Positions 14,601 through 27,759 of a stretch of 64,000 nt of DNA are shown piece by piece. Both the position numbers and the translations under genes were made by a program. Under the pieces are notes generated by a model that saw only the letters and a list, made by a program, of their open reading frames with translations, made no database searches and had not been told where the DNA came from. The first letter of the stretch is position 1, and every line of letters starts with the position of its first letter. The stretch is from Balanoglossus misakiensis (lineage: Eukaryota; Animalia; Hemichordata), in assembly GCA_040954595.2 (NCBI GenBank), contig CM082581.2, positions 12,212,286 through 12,276,285 on the forward strand, given 5' to 3'.

Positions 14601-17600
14601 TGAAAAAATCATGGGTTATAGCTCATGAAAATCATCCAAAAATGAGAATTTTTCGACTTTGCGGAATTTCAAAATTTGGCCGATTTTTGAAAAAATCATG
14701 GGTTATAGCTCATGAAAATCATCCAAAAATGAGAATTTTTCGACTTAGCGGAATTTCAAAATTTGGCCGATTTTTGAAAAAATCATGGGTTATAGCTCAT
14801 GAAAATCATCCAAAAATGAGAATTTTTCGACTTTGCGGAATTATAAAATTTGGCCGATTTTTGAAAAAATCATGGGTTATAGCTCATGAAAATCATCCAA
14901 AAATGAGAATTTTTCGACTTTGCGGAATTTCAAAATTTGGCCGATTTTTGAAAAAATCATGGGTTATAGCTCATGAAAATCATCCAAAAATGAGAATTTT
15001 TCGACTTTGCGGAATTTCAAAATTTGGCCGATTTTGAAAAAATCATGGGTTATAGCTCATGAAAATCATCCAAAAATGAGAATTTTTCGACTTTGCGGAA
15101 TTTCAAAATTTGGCCGATTTTTGAAAAAATCATGGGTTATAGCTCATGAAAATCATCCAAAATGAGAATTTTTCGACTTTGCGGAATTTCAAAATTTGGC
15201 CGATTTTTGAAAAAATCATGGGTTATAGCTCATGAAAATCATCCAAAAATGAGAATTTTTCGACTTTGCGGAATTTCAAAATTTGGCCGATTTTTGAAAA
15301 AATCATGGGTTATAGCTCATGAAAATCATCCAAAAATGAGAATTTTTCGACTTTGCGGAATTTCAAAATTTGGCCGATTTTTGAAAAAATCATGGGTTAT
15401 AGCTCATGAAAATCATCCAAAAATGAGACTTTTTCGACTTTGCGGAATTTCAAAATTTGGCCGATTTTTGAAAAAATCATGGGTTATAGCTCATGAAAAT
15501 CATCCAAAAATGAGAATTTTTCGACTTTGCGGAATTTCAAAATTTGGCCGATTTTTGAAAAAATCATGGGTTATAGCTCATGAAAATCATCCAAAAATGA
15601 GAATTTTTCGACTTTGCGGAATTTCAAAATTTGGCCGATTTTTGAAAAAATCATGGGTTATAGCTCATGAAAATCATCCAAAAATGAGAATTTTTCGAGT
15701 TTGCGGAATTTCAAAATTTGGCCGATTTTTGAAAAAATCATGGGTTATAGCTCATGAAAATCATCCAAAAATAAGAATTTTTCGACTTTGCGGAATTTCA
15801 AAATTTGGCCGATTTTTGAAAAAATCATGGGTTATAGCTCATGAAAATCATCCAAAAATGAGAATTTTTCGAGTTTGCGGAATTTCAAAATTTGGCCGAT
15901 TTTTGAAAAAATCATGGGTTATAGCTCATGAAAATCATCCAAAAATGAGAATTTTTCGAGTTTGCGGAATTTCAAAATTTGGCCGATTTTTGAAAAAATC
16001 ATGGGTTATAGCTCATGAAAATCATCCAAAAATGAGAATTTTTCGAGTTTGCGGAATTTCAAAATTTGGCCGATTTTTGAAAAAATCATGGGTTATAGCT
16101 CATGAAAATCATCCAAAAATGAGAATTTTTCGACTTTGCGGAATTTCAAAATTTGGCCGATTTTTGAAAAAATCATGGGTTATAGCTCATGAAAATCATC
16201 CAAAAATGAGAATTTTTCGACTTTGCGGAATTTCAAAATTTGGCCGATTTTTGAAAAAATCATGGGTTATAGCTCATGAAAATCATCCAAAAATGAGAAT
16301 TTTTCGACTTTACGGAATTTCAAAATTTGGCCGATTTTTGAAAAAATCATGGGTTATAGCTCATGAAAATCATCCAAAAATGAGAATTTTTCGACTTTGC
16401 GGAATTTCAAAATTTGGCCGATTTTTGAAAAAATCATGGGTTATAGCTCATGAAAATCATCCAAAAATGAGAATTTTTCGACTTTACGGAATTTCAAAAT
16501 TTGGCCGATTTTTGAAAAAATCATGGGTTATAGCTCATGAAAATCATCCAAAAATGAGAATTTTTCGACTTTGCGGAATTTCAAAATTTGGCCGATTTTT
16601 GAAAAAATCATGGGTTATAGCTCATGAAAATCATCCAAAAATGAGAATTTTTCGACTTTGCGGAATTTCAAAATTTGGCCGATTTTTGAAAAAATCATGG
16701 GTTATAGCTCATGAAAATCATCCAAAAATGAGAATTTTTCGACTTTGCGGAATTTCAAAATTTGGCCGATTTTTGAAAAAATCATGGGTTATAGCTCATG
16801 AAAATCATCCAAAAATGAGAATTTTTCGACTTTACGGAATTTCAAAATTTGGCCGATTTTTGAAAAAATCATGGGTTATAGCTCATGAAAATCATCCAAA
16901 AATGAGAATTTTTCGACTTTGCGGAATTTCAAAATTTGGCCGATTTTTGAAAAAATCATGGGTTATAGCTCATGAAAATCATCCAAAAATGAGAATTTTT
17001 CGAGTTTGCGGAATTTCAAAATTTGGCCGATTTTTGAAAAAATCATGGGTTATAGCTCATGAAAATCATCCAAAAATGAGAATTTTTCGACTTTACGGAA
17101 TTTCAAAATTTGGCCGATTTTTGAAAAAATCATGGGTTATAGCTCATGAAAATCATCCAAAAATGAGAATTTTTCGACTTTACGGAATTTCAAGATTTGG
17201 CCGATTTTTGAAAAAATCATGGGTTATAGCTCATGAAAATCATCCAAAAATGAGAAATTTTCGAGTTTGCGGAATTTCAAAATTTGGCCGATTTTTGAAA
17301 AAATCATGGGTTATAGCTCATGAAAATCATCCAAAAATGAGAATTTTTCGAGTTTGCGGAATTTCAAAATTTGGCCGATTTTTGAAAAAATCATGGGTTA
17401 TAGCTCATGAAAATCATCCAAAAATGAGAATTTTTCGACTTTGCGGAATTTCAAAATTTGGCCGATTTTTGAAAAAATCATGGGTTATAGCTCATGAAAA
17501 TCATCCAAAAATGAGAATTTTTCGAGTTTGCGGAATTTCAAAATTTGGCCGATTTTTGAAAAAATCATGGGTTATAGCTCATGAAAATCATCCAAAAATG

Positions 17601-20600
17601 AGAATTTTTCGACTTTGCGGAATTTCAAAATTTGGCCGATTTTTGAAAAAATCATGGGTTATAGCTCATGAAAATCATCCAAAAATGAGAATTTTTCGAC
17701 TTTGCGGAATTTCAAAATTTGGCCGATTTTTGAAAAAATCATGGGTTATAGCTCATGAAAATCATCCAAAAATGAGAATGTTTCGACTTTGCGGAATTTC
17801 AAAATTTGGCCGATTTTTGAAAAAATCATGGGTTATAGCTCATGAAAATCATCCAAAAATGAGAATTTTTCGACTTTGCGGAATTTCAAAATTTGGCCGA
17901 TTTTTGAAAAAATCATGGGTTATAGCTCATGAAAATCATCCAAAAATGAGAATTTTTCGAGTTTGCGGAATTTCAAAATTTGGCCGATTTTTGAAAAAAT
18001 CATGGGTTATAGCTCATGAAAATCATCCAAAAATGAGAATTTTTCGAGTTTGCGGAATTTCAAAATTTGGCCGATTTTTGAAAAAATCATGGGTTATAGC
18101 TCATGAAAATCATCCAAAAATGAGAATTTTTCGACTTTGCGGAATTTCAAAATTTGGCCGATTTTTGAAAAAATCATGGGTTATAGCTCATGAAAATCAT
18201 CCAAAAATGAGAATTTTTCGAGTTTGCGGAATTTCAAAATTTGGCCGATTTTTGAAAAAATCATGGGTTATAGCTCATGAAAATCATCCAAAAATGAGAA
18301 TTTTTCGACTTTACGGAATTTCAAAATTTGGCCGATTTTTGAAAAAATCATGGGTTATAGCTCATGAAAATCATCCAAAAATGAGAATTTTTCGACTTTA
18401 CGGAATTTCAAGATTTGGCCGATTTTTGAAAAAATCATGGGTTATAGCTCATGAAAATCATCCAAAAATGAGAAATTTTCGAGTTTGCGGAATTTCAAAA
18501 TTTGGCCGATTTTTGAAAAAATCATGGGTTATAGCTCATGAAAATCATCCAAAAATGAGAATTTTTCGAGTTTGCGGAATTTCAAAATTTGGCCGATTTT
18601 TGAAAAAATCATGGGTTATAGCTCATGAAAATCATCCAAAAATGAGAATTTTTCGACTTTGCGGAATTTCAAAATTTGGCCGATTTTTGAAAAAATCATG
18701 GGTTATAGCTCATGAAAATCATCCAAAAATGAGAATTTTTCGAGTTTGCGGAATTTCAAAATTTGGCCGATTTTTGAAAAAATCATGGGTTATAGCTCAT
18801 GAAAATCATCCAAAAATGAGAATTTTTCGACTTTGCGGAATTTCAAAATTTGGCCGATTTTTGAAAAAATCATGGGTTATAGCTCATGAAAATCATCCAA
18901 AAATGAGAATTTTTCGACTTTGCGGAATTTCAAAATTTGGCCGATTTTTGAAAAAATCATGGGTTATAGCTCATGAAAATCATCCAAAAATGAGAATGTT
19001 TCGACTTTGCGGAATTTCAAAATTTGGCCGATTTTTGAAAAAATCATGGGTTATAGCTCATGAAAATCATCCAAAAATGAGAATTTTTCGACTTTGCGGA
19101 ATTTCAAAATTTGGCCGATTTTTGAAAAAATCATGGGTTATAAGCTCATGAAAATCATCCAAAAATGAGAATTTTTCGAGTTTGCGGAATTTCAAAATTT
19201 GGCCGATTTTTGAAAAAATCATGGGTTATAGCTCATGAAAATCATCCAAAAATGAGAATTTTTCGAGTTTGCGGAATTTCAAAATTTGGCCGATTTTTGA
19301 AAAAATCATGGGTTATAGCTCATGAAAATCATCCAAAAATGAGAATTTTTCGACTTTGCGGAATTTCAAAATATAGCCGATTTTTGAAAAAATCATGGGT
19401 TATAGCTCATGAAAATCATCCAAAAATGAGAATTTTTCGACTTTGCGGAATTTCAAAATTTGGCCGATTTTTGAAAAAATCATGGGTTATAGCTCATGAA
19501 AATCATCCAAAAATGAGAATTTTTCGACTTTGCGGAATTTCAAAATTTGGCCGATTTTTGAAAAAATCATGGGTTATAGCTCATGAAAATCATCCAAAAA
19601 TGAGAATTTTTCGACATTACGGAATTTCAAAATTTGGCCGATTTTTGAAAAAATCATGGGTTATAGCTCATGAAAATCATCCAAAAATGAGAATTTTTCG
19701 ACTTTGCGGAATTTCAAAATTTGGCCGATTTTTGAAAAAATCATGGGTTATAGCTCATGAAAATCATCCAAAAATGAGAATTTTTCGACTTTACGGAATT
19801 TCAAAATTTGGCCGATTTTTGAAAAAATCATGGGTTATCTCATGAAAATCATCCAAAAATGAGAATTTTTCGACTTTGCGGAATTTCAAAATTTGGCCGA
19901 TTTTTGAAAAAATCATGGGTTATAGCTCATGAAAATCATCCAAAAATGAGAATTTTTCGACTTTGCGGAATTTCAAAATTTGGCCGATTTTTGAAAAAAT
20001 CATGGGTTATAGCTCATGAAAATCATCCAAAAATGAGAATTTTTCGACTTTGCGGAATTTCAAAATTTGGCCGATTTTTGAAAAAATCATGGGTTATAGC
20101 TCATGAAAATCATCCAAAAATGAGAATTTTTCGAGTTTGCGGAATTTCAAAATTTGGCCGATTTTTGAAAAAATCATGGGTTATAGCTCATGAAAATCAT
20201 CCAAAAGTGAGAATTTTTCGACTTTACGGAATTTCAAAATTTGGCCGATTTTTGAAAAAATCATGGGTTATAGCTCATGAAAATCATCCAAAAATGAGAA
20301 TTTTTCGACTTTGCGGAATTTCAAAATTTGGCCGATTTTTGAAAAAATCATGGGTTATAGCTCATGAAAATCATCCAAAAATGAGAATTTTTCGACTTTA
20401 CGGAATTTCAAAATTTGGCCGATTTTTGAAAAAATCATGGGTTATAGCTCATGAAAATCATCCAAAAATGAGAATTTTTCGACTTTGCGGAATTTCAAAA
20501 TTTGGCCGATTTTTGAAAAAATCATGGGTTATAGCTCATGAAAATCATCCAAAAATGAGAATTTTTCGACTTTGCGGAATTTCAAAATTTGGCCGATTTT

Positions 20601-23185
20601 TGAAAAAATCATGGGTTATAGCTCATGAAAATCATCCAAAAATGAGAATTTTTCGAGTTTGCGGAATTTCAAAATTTGGCCGATTTTTGAAAAAATCATG
20701 GGTTATAGCTCATGAAAATCATCCAAAAATGAGAATTTTTCGACTTTACGGAATTTCAAAATTTGGCCGATTTTTGAAAAAATCATGGGTTATAGCTCAT
20801 GAAAATCATCCAAAAATGAGAATTTTTCGACTTTGCGGAATTTCAAAATTTGGCCGATTTTTGAAAAAATCATGGGTTATAGCTCATGAAAATCATCCAA
20901 AAATGAGAATTTTTCGACTTTACGGAATTTCAAAATTTGGCCGATTTTTGAAAAAATCATGGGTTATAGCTCATGAAAATCATCCAAAAATGAGAATTTT
21001 TCGACTTTGCGGAATTTCAAAATTTGGCCGATTTTTGAAAAAATCATGGGTTATAGCTCATGAAAATCATCCAAAAATGAGAATTTTTCGACTTTACGGA
21101 ATTTCAAAATTTGGCCGATTTTTGAAAAAATCATGGGTTATAGCTCATGAAAATCATCCAAAAATGAGAATTTTTCGACTTTGCGGAATTTCAAAATTTG
21201 GCCGATTTTTGAAAAAATCATGGGTTATAGCTCATGAAAATCATCCAAAAATGAGAATGTTTCGACTTTGCGGAATTTCAAAATTTGGCCGATTTTTGCA
21301 AAAATCATGGGTTATAGCTCATGAAAATCATCCAAAAATGAGAATTTTTCGACTTTGCGGAATTTCAAAATTTGGCCGATTTTTGAAAAAATCATGGGTT
21401 ATAGCTCATGAAAATCATCCAAAAATGAGAATTTTTCGACTTTACGGAATTTCAAAATTTGGCCGATTTTTGAAAAAATCATGGGTTATAGCTCATGAAA
21501 ATCATCCAAAAATGAGAATTTTTCGACTTTGCGGAATTTCAAAATTTGGCCGATTTTTGAAAAAATCATGGGTTATAGCTCATGAAAATCATCCAAAAAT
21601 GAGAATTTTTCGAGTTTGCGGAATTTCAAAATTTGGCCGATTTTTGAAAAAATCATGGGTTATAGCTCATGAAAATCATCCAAAAATGAGAATTTTTCGA
21701 CTTTACGGAATTTCAAAATTTGGCCGATTTTTGAAAAAATCATGGGTTATAGCTCATGAAAATCATCCAAAAATGAGAATTTTTCGACTTTACGGAATTT
21801 CAAAATTTGGCCGATTTTTGAAAAAATCATGGGTTATAGCTCATGAAAATCATCCAAAAATGAGAATTTTTCGAGTTTGCGGAATTTCAAAATTTGGCCG
21901 ATTTTTGAAAAAATCATGGGTTATAGCTCATGAAAATCATCCAAAAATGAGAATTTTTCGACTTTGCGGAATTTCAAAATTTGGCCGATTTTTGAAAAAA
22001 TCATGGGTTATAGCTCATGAAAATCATCCAAAAATGAGAATTTTTCGACTTTGCGGAATTTCAAAATTTGGCCGATTTTTGAAAAAATCATGGGTTATAG
22101 CTCATGAAAATCATCCAAAAATGAGAATTTTTCGACTTTACGGAATTTCAAAATTTGGCCGATTTTTGAAAAAATCATGGGTTATAGCTCATGAAAATCA
22201 TCCAAAAATGAGAATTTTTCGACTTTGCGGAATTTCAAAATTTGGCCGATTTTTGAAAAAATCATGGGTTATAGCTCATGAAAATCATCCAAAAATGAGA
22301 ATTTTTCGACTTTACGGAATTTCAAAATTTGGCCGATTTTTGAAAAAATCATGGGTTATAGCTCATGAAAATCATCCAAAAATGAGAATTTTTCGACTTT
22401 GCGGAATTTCAAAATTTGGCCGATTTTTGAAAAAATCATGGGTTATAGCTCATGAAAATCATCCAAAAATGAGAATTTTTCGACTTTGCGGAATTTCAAA
22501 ATTTGGCCGATTTTTGAAAAAATCATGGGTTATAGCTCATGAAAATCATCCAAAAATGAGAATTTTTCGACTTTGCGGAATTTCAAAATTTGGCCGATTT
22601 TTGAAAAAATCAAGGGTTATAGCTCATGAAAATCATCCAAAAATGAGAATTTTTCGACTTTGCGGAATTTCAAAATTTGGCCGATTTTTGAAAAAATCAT
22701 GGGTTATAGCTCATGAAAATCATCCAAAAATGAGAATTTTTCGAGTTTGCGGAATTTCAAAATTTGGCCGATTTTTGAAAAAATCATGGGTTATAGCTCA
22801 TGAAAATCATCCAAAAATGAGAATTTTTCGACTTTACGGAATTTCAAAATTTGGCCGATTTTTGAAAAAATCATGGGTTATAGCTCATGAAAATCATCCA
22901 AAAATGAGAATTTTTCGACTTTGCGGAATTTCAAAATTTGGCCGATTTTTGAAAAAATCATGGGTTATAGCTCATGAAAATCATCCAAAAATGAGAATTT
23001 TTCGACTTTACGGAATTTCAAAATTTGGCCGATTTTTGAAAAAATCATGGGTTATAGCTCATGAAAATCATCCAAAAATGAGAATTTTTCGACTTTGCGG
23101 AATTTCAAAATTTGGCCGATTTTTGAAAAAATCATGGGTTATAGCTCATGAAAATCATCCAAAAATGACAATTTTTCGACTTTGA
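11641..23185. repeat. Satellite A: ~133 highly homogeneous tandem copies of an 87-bp monomer
   Basis: Monomer AAAAATGAGAATTTTTCGACTTTGCGGAATTTCAAAATTTGGCCGATTTTTGAAAAAATCATGGGTTATAGCTCATGAAAATCATCC, with mostly 0-2 substitutions per copy. Confidence 0.99.
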
Positions 23186-24305
23186 GAATTTTTTTTAAAT
23201 TTCTTCTTTCTTTCTGCTTGGGTTATAGCTCATGAACGCTCAAAAAATGACAAATTCTCGACTTTGAAATTTTGCTCATTTTGGCATTTTCATGTCATAT
23301 GCATGGGTTATAGCTCATGAACGCTCAAAAAATGACAAATTCTCGACTTTGAAAATTTTGCTAATTTTGGCATTTTCATGTCATATGCATGGGTTATAGC
23401 TCATGAACGCTCAAAAAATGACAAATTCTCGACTTTGAAAATTTTCCTCATTTTGGCATTTTCATGTCATATGCTTGGGTTATAGCTAATGAACGCTCAC
23501 AAAATGACAAATTCTCGACTTTGAAAATTTTGCTCATTTTGGCATTTTCATGTCATTTGCATGGGTTACAGTTCATGAACGCTCAAAAAAATGACAAATT
23601 CTTGACTTTTAAAATTTTCCTCATTTTGGCATTTTCATGTCATATGCATGGGTTACAGTTCATGAACGCTCAAAAAATGACAAATTCTCGAATTTGAAAA
23701 TTTTGCTCATTTTGGCATTTTCATGTCATATGCATTGGTTATAGCTCATGAACGGTCAAAAAATGACAAATTCTCGACTTTGATAATTTTGCTCATTTTG
23801 GCATTTTCATGTCATATGCATGGGTTATAGCTCATGAACGGTCAAAAAATGACAAATTCTCGACTTTGAAAATTTTGCTCATTTTGGCATTTTATTGTCA
23901 TATGCATGGGTTACAGTTCATGAACACTCAAAAAAAGACAAATTCTCGACTTTGAAAATGTTGCTCATTTTGGCATTTTCATGTCATATGCATGGGTTAT
24001 AGCTCATGAACGCTCAAAAAATGACAAATTCTCGACTTTGAAAATTTTGCTCATTTTGGCATTTTATTGTCATATGCATGGGTTATAGCTCATGAACGGT
24101 CAAAAAATGACAAATTCTCGACTTTGATAATTTTGCTCATTTTGGCATTTTCATGTCATATGCATGGGTTACAGCTCATGAACGCTCAAAAAAAGACAAA
24201 TTCTCGACTTTGAAAATTTTGCTCATTTTGGCATTTTATTGTCATATGCATGGGTTACAGTTCATGAACACTCAAAAAAAGACAAATTCTCGAGTTTGAA
24301 AATTG
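23186..24305. repeat. Satellite B, right block: ~13 copies of the 85-86-bp unit, same orientation as the left block
   Basis: Same consensus as 11055-11640, with more substitutions per copy than satellite A. Confidence 0.95.
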
Positions 24306-24835
24306 TGAAAATTGGAGACTGCCAGCAACAGTTACAGCTGCATTGAGGAAAACGGAAACTTCGTCCGAAGCTTGGTTGCCGGATACCCATCTGGTCTTTG
24401 CATCTGCTAAAACAAGCAATGTAAACACGAATGTGAATAATATACATAAACATTAAACAAAGCATGATCACCACTGTACGCCAATTGTTGTTCATTCGCA
24501 TTTGTCAACTTGATTAAATTCTACAGCAGCAACAACGACCGAGATCTGCCCACTTTAGCTCCTGGACATTGTGAACAAACACACCCTATCCACACCCCTA
24601 CCATGTATTTTCTCCGTCATTGCTTCAATTTTCTTTCCCACAATTCTTACCTTTCCACAACCATTCGGTAATCTCTGGACATCAATCATTCAGGCTGGCA
24701 ATCATCTTAGCATCATATACGGGGTCCCTGGAATAAATGAAAAGTATGTAAATTGAATGTCTCCTACAAAGATGGCGAACATGAAAAGAGGGGCTTTGAT
24801 GTCTATATCGCTTGTCAAACCTTGTTTGAAACCTT

Positions 24836-25165
24836 TGGTCTTCGTTCAGCCATAGAACATACTGCCTTTACCGCACCCAGCTATACTGCTACATGGCGAA
24901 TATAACTAGTCACTTAGGCCCCAGCTTGGTTGATGAATACCACAATCTGTTGATCTCGTCTCTGGATCTGCAAAACAAGCAAATGAAAGTGAATGACTAA
25001 TATTAATGATCGTTCAGCCATGGAACATACCTGCCTTTACCGCATCCAGCTATACCGCTGCATGGCGAATATAACTAGTCACTTAAGCCCCAAGCATGGT
25101 TGATGAATACCCTTCATCAGTTGATCTCGTCTCTGCATCTGCAAAAAACAAACAAAAGAAGTGAA
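24836..25165. repeat. Imperfect direct duplication of a ~170-bp unit (two copies), with related fragments at ~24370-24420, ~26185-26265 and ~26580-26690
   Basis: CGTTCAGCCATRGAACATAC...GCCTTTACCGCA...CATGGCGAATATAACTAGTCACTTA...GGTTGATGAATACC...GTTGATCTCGTCTCTG.ATCTGCAAAA occurs twice. Confidence 0.85.
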
Positions 25166-25384
25166 TATCTATAATAGGAAAACGTCAAAAGACCACAAAT
25201 CTGAAAAATAAAATTCGCGAAGATGATGGGAGCAAAATAAACCACTCGGGTTATACCAGTATGTTTCGATAAAGTTTTATTGATTGAAGTTGTGGTAAAT
25301 TGGAAAAGATTACAAATCTCAAAACAAACCTGGAAAGAAACAACTCATTTCACCATAAAAACAGACTAACAGACATGCACAGTA

Positions 25385-26095
25385 TTTTTTTTTATTGAAT
25401 AATGACGTAAGATCACAAATCTTAAAAAAAACTTGTATTAACTATATACACACGAATGAAGATGATCGGTACGGAAATAAACCACTCCAAGTATTTTGAG
25501 TGCGTGTATGTTTTTATTTTATTTTTATTGAATAATGACGAAAGATAACATATCTAAAAAAACCTGTATTAACTATATACGTGAGGGGGAAGATGATCGG
25601 TACGGAAATAAACCACTCCAAGTATTTTGAATGCGTGTATGTTTTTATTTTATTTTTATTGAATAATGACGAAAGATAACATATCTAAAAAACCTGTATT
25701 AACTATATACGTGAGGGGGAAGATGATCGGTACGGAAATAAACCACTCCAAGTATTTTGAGTGCGTGTATGTTTTTATTTTATTTTTATTGAATAATGAC
25801 GAAAGATAACATATCTAAAAAACCTGTATTAACTATATACGTGAGCGGGAAGATGATCGGTACGGAAATAAACCACTCCAAGTATTTTGAGTGCGTGTAT
25901 GTTTTTATTTTATTTTTATTGAATAATGACGAAAGATAACATATCTAAAAAACCTGTATTAACTATATACGTGAGCGGGAAGATGATCGGTACGGAAATA
26001 AACCACTCCAAGTATTTTGAGTGCGTGTATGTTTTTATTTTATTTTTATTGAATAATGACGAAAGATAACATATCTCAAAAAAACTTGTATTAAG
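25385..26095. repeat. 130-bp minisatellite, ~5.5 copies
   Basis: AGATGATCGGTACGGAAATAAACCACTCC recurs at 25460, 25591, 25721, 25851 and 25981. Confidence 0.95.
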
Positions 26096-27759
26096 TATTA
26101 ACTGACGGTCTGAGGGATGGGACCCACCCGCACCGGGGATTTTATTTATGTCTATATAACTTACTTGTTACGAAACTTCATCCACTGGTCTTCATTCAGC
26201 CATGGAACATACAAACGCTCACCTCATTGTAGTCTAGCTGCATGGCCCAAATATACCGTACAACTTACCGTACGCTCATGCACACACACATTCACAACAA
26301 CGAGCACCTTTCGAAGCATTCAAAGTCGATGAACTTGTTGGTGCCGTAACAAAAATGACCCATGCACCGAGCATGTAGTCATGTTGGATTTAAAACTTCA
26401 ATGACGTGCACATATAGCATCCGCATTGTTGCATTCTTCAGATTTGTGCAAAATCGGTTCGCTGAACTGGCTACCGGCACCAGTCAGAATCGTTGAAAGT
26501 TCTTAAAAATTGCCCAAAAAACTTGGCTAATACCGCTTACTTGTACATCATGCTTGATAACATCATAGCATCCACGCAGAGTATCCAACATCAGTTCATC
26601 TGGGCTTTCGACCTGCAAAACGAGGAAACAAATTGAATGCCTATATCCATGAACACGAAACCAAATATCAACCATGATCACCGTACGCTATACTTTTGTT
26701 AACTCGCATATTGTACATCATATACAACGACAATATAGTATTTAGGGCTTCGCTGACAGACAAGTCTAAAACCCCAGCATGGCACTATTTATATTTGCAT
26801 ATTTTCAAGTTTAGGCCTACAGCCAAGCGGAACATTTTAAACCCCAACAAACATACATTTTTTTTGGCAAAGACAGCACGGACACACAAAAATAACTGTT
26901 CCCAATGAAGCTTTTCAAAGCTTATTTTTGCCATTGTCTGGTAGTACATGTATAATACAAAATTTGCATTCGCTCACGACTACACGTGGACCAACTGTCA
27001 ATTCATCGAACCTGCTACCAATTCACCGTACCCCCCTCCCCCTTCCCGAAAAAACTACCTTGTTTTATGTGAAAAACTTGCCGCCCACCAGGAGAGCTAT
27101 AACACCGACTTGTCTTAATTTATAAACCGTACATCTCAAGTTGAGTAACGCGAAAGGGTGGAATTAATGAATTAAAACGCAGGGAAGCGCTGACTCGAGC
27201 TGTCTGACTGTGACGTATCCAATTTTTCAGTTCTATGGTGTAAACGTCTGGCTTTTTAGTTGTCCGTAACTTGCCACAGAATAACCCATTTTTCTGGTTA
27301 AAAATTGAGTAACCGTGTCTACTTCTGTTACTTTACTTACCGCTGTCGTCATGAAAACTATCCAGCGGAGAAACTCTGTTTTGGGACAGAGTTTTCCGCA
27401 TCCTCATCGAAACACGTCCTACATGCAGCAGCGTGGTCGTCACTTATGAAAATGCACGGTAGGCGGGACGGGAATTTCCAAGTGGAGTTGGTCCAGGTGG
27501 ATCCAACCAATCAGCAGCGAAAATCGAATGCTCATTATCGCATCTCATTATCGCTGCAACGAGTCTATGCAATGGCGCCCTCTACATACTCCACCGCGAA
27601 CAGTTGATAAGCGGGCATATATATGCGGAAGTAAAAACGATCACGTCCCAATGACTGAACAGCACTAGTGATTTCATGATGACGTGAAGTTGCCACGGGA
27701 ACAAAGAGACAGTCGTGAATAATAATAATTGATTTGTGACTTTTGATCTTTCTCTCAGG

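Noticed and set aside
11683-23185. Long ORFs (158-1329 aa) annotated as protein-coding genes
   Set aside because: They arise from an 87-bp monomer divisible by three; the frame is broken six times and common variants are non-synonymous. Kept only as a low-interest finding.
11055-26095. CRISPR-like array
   Set aside because: Pure tandem repeats with no unique spacers, no cas genes and a eukaryotic context.
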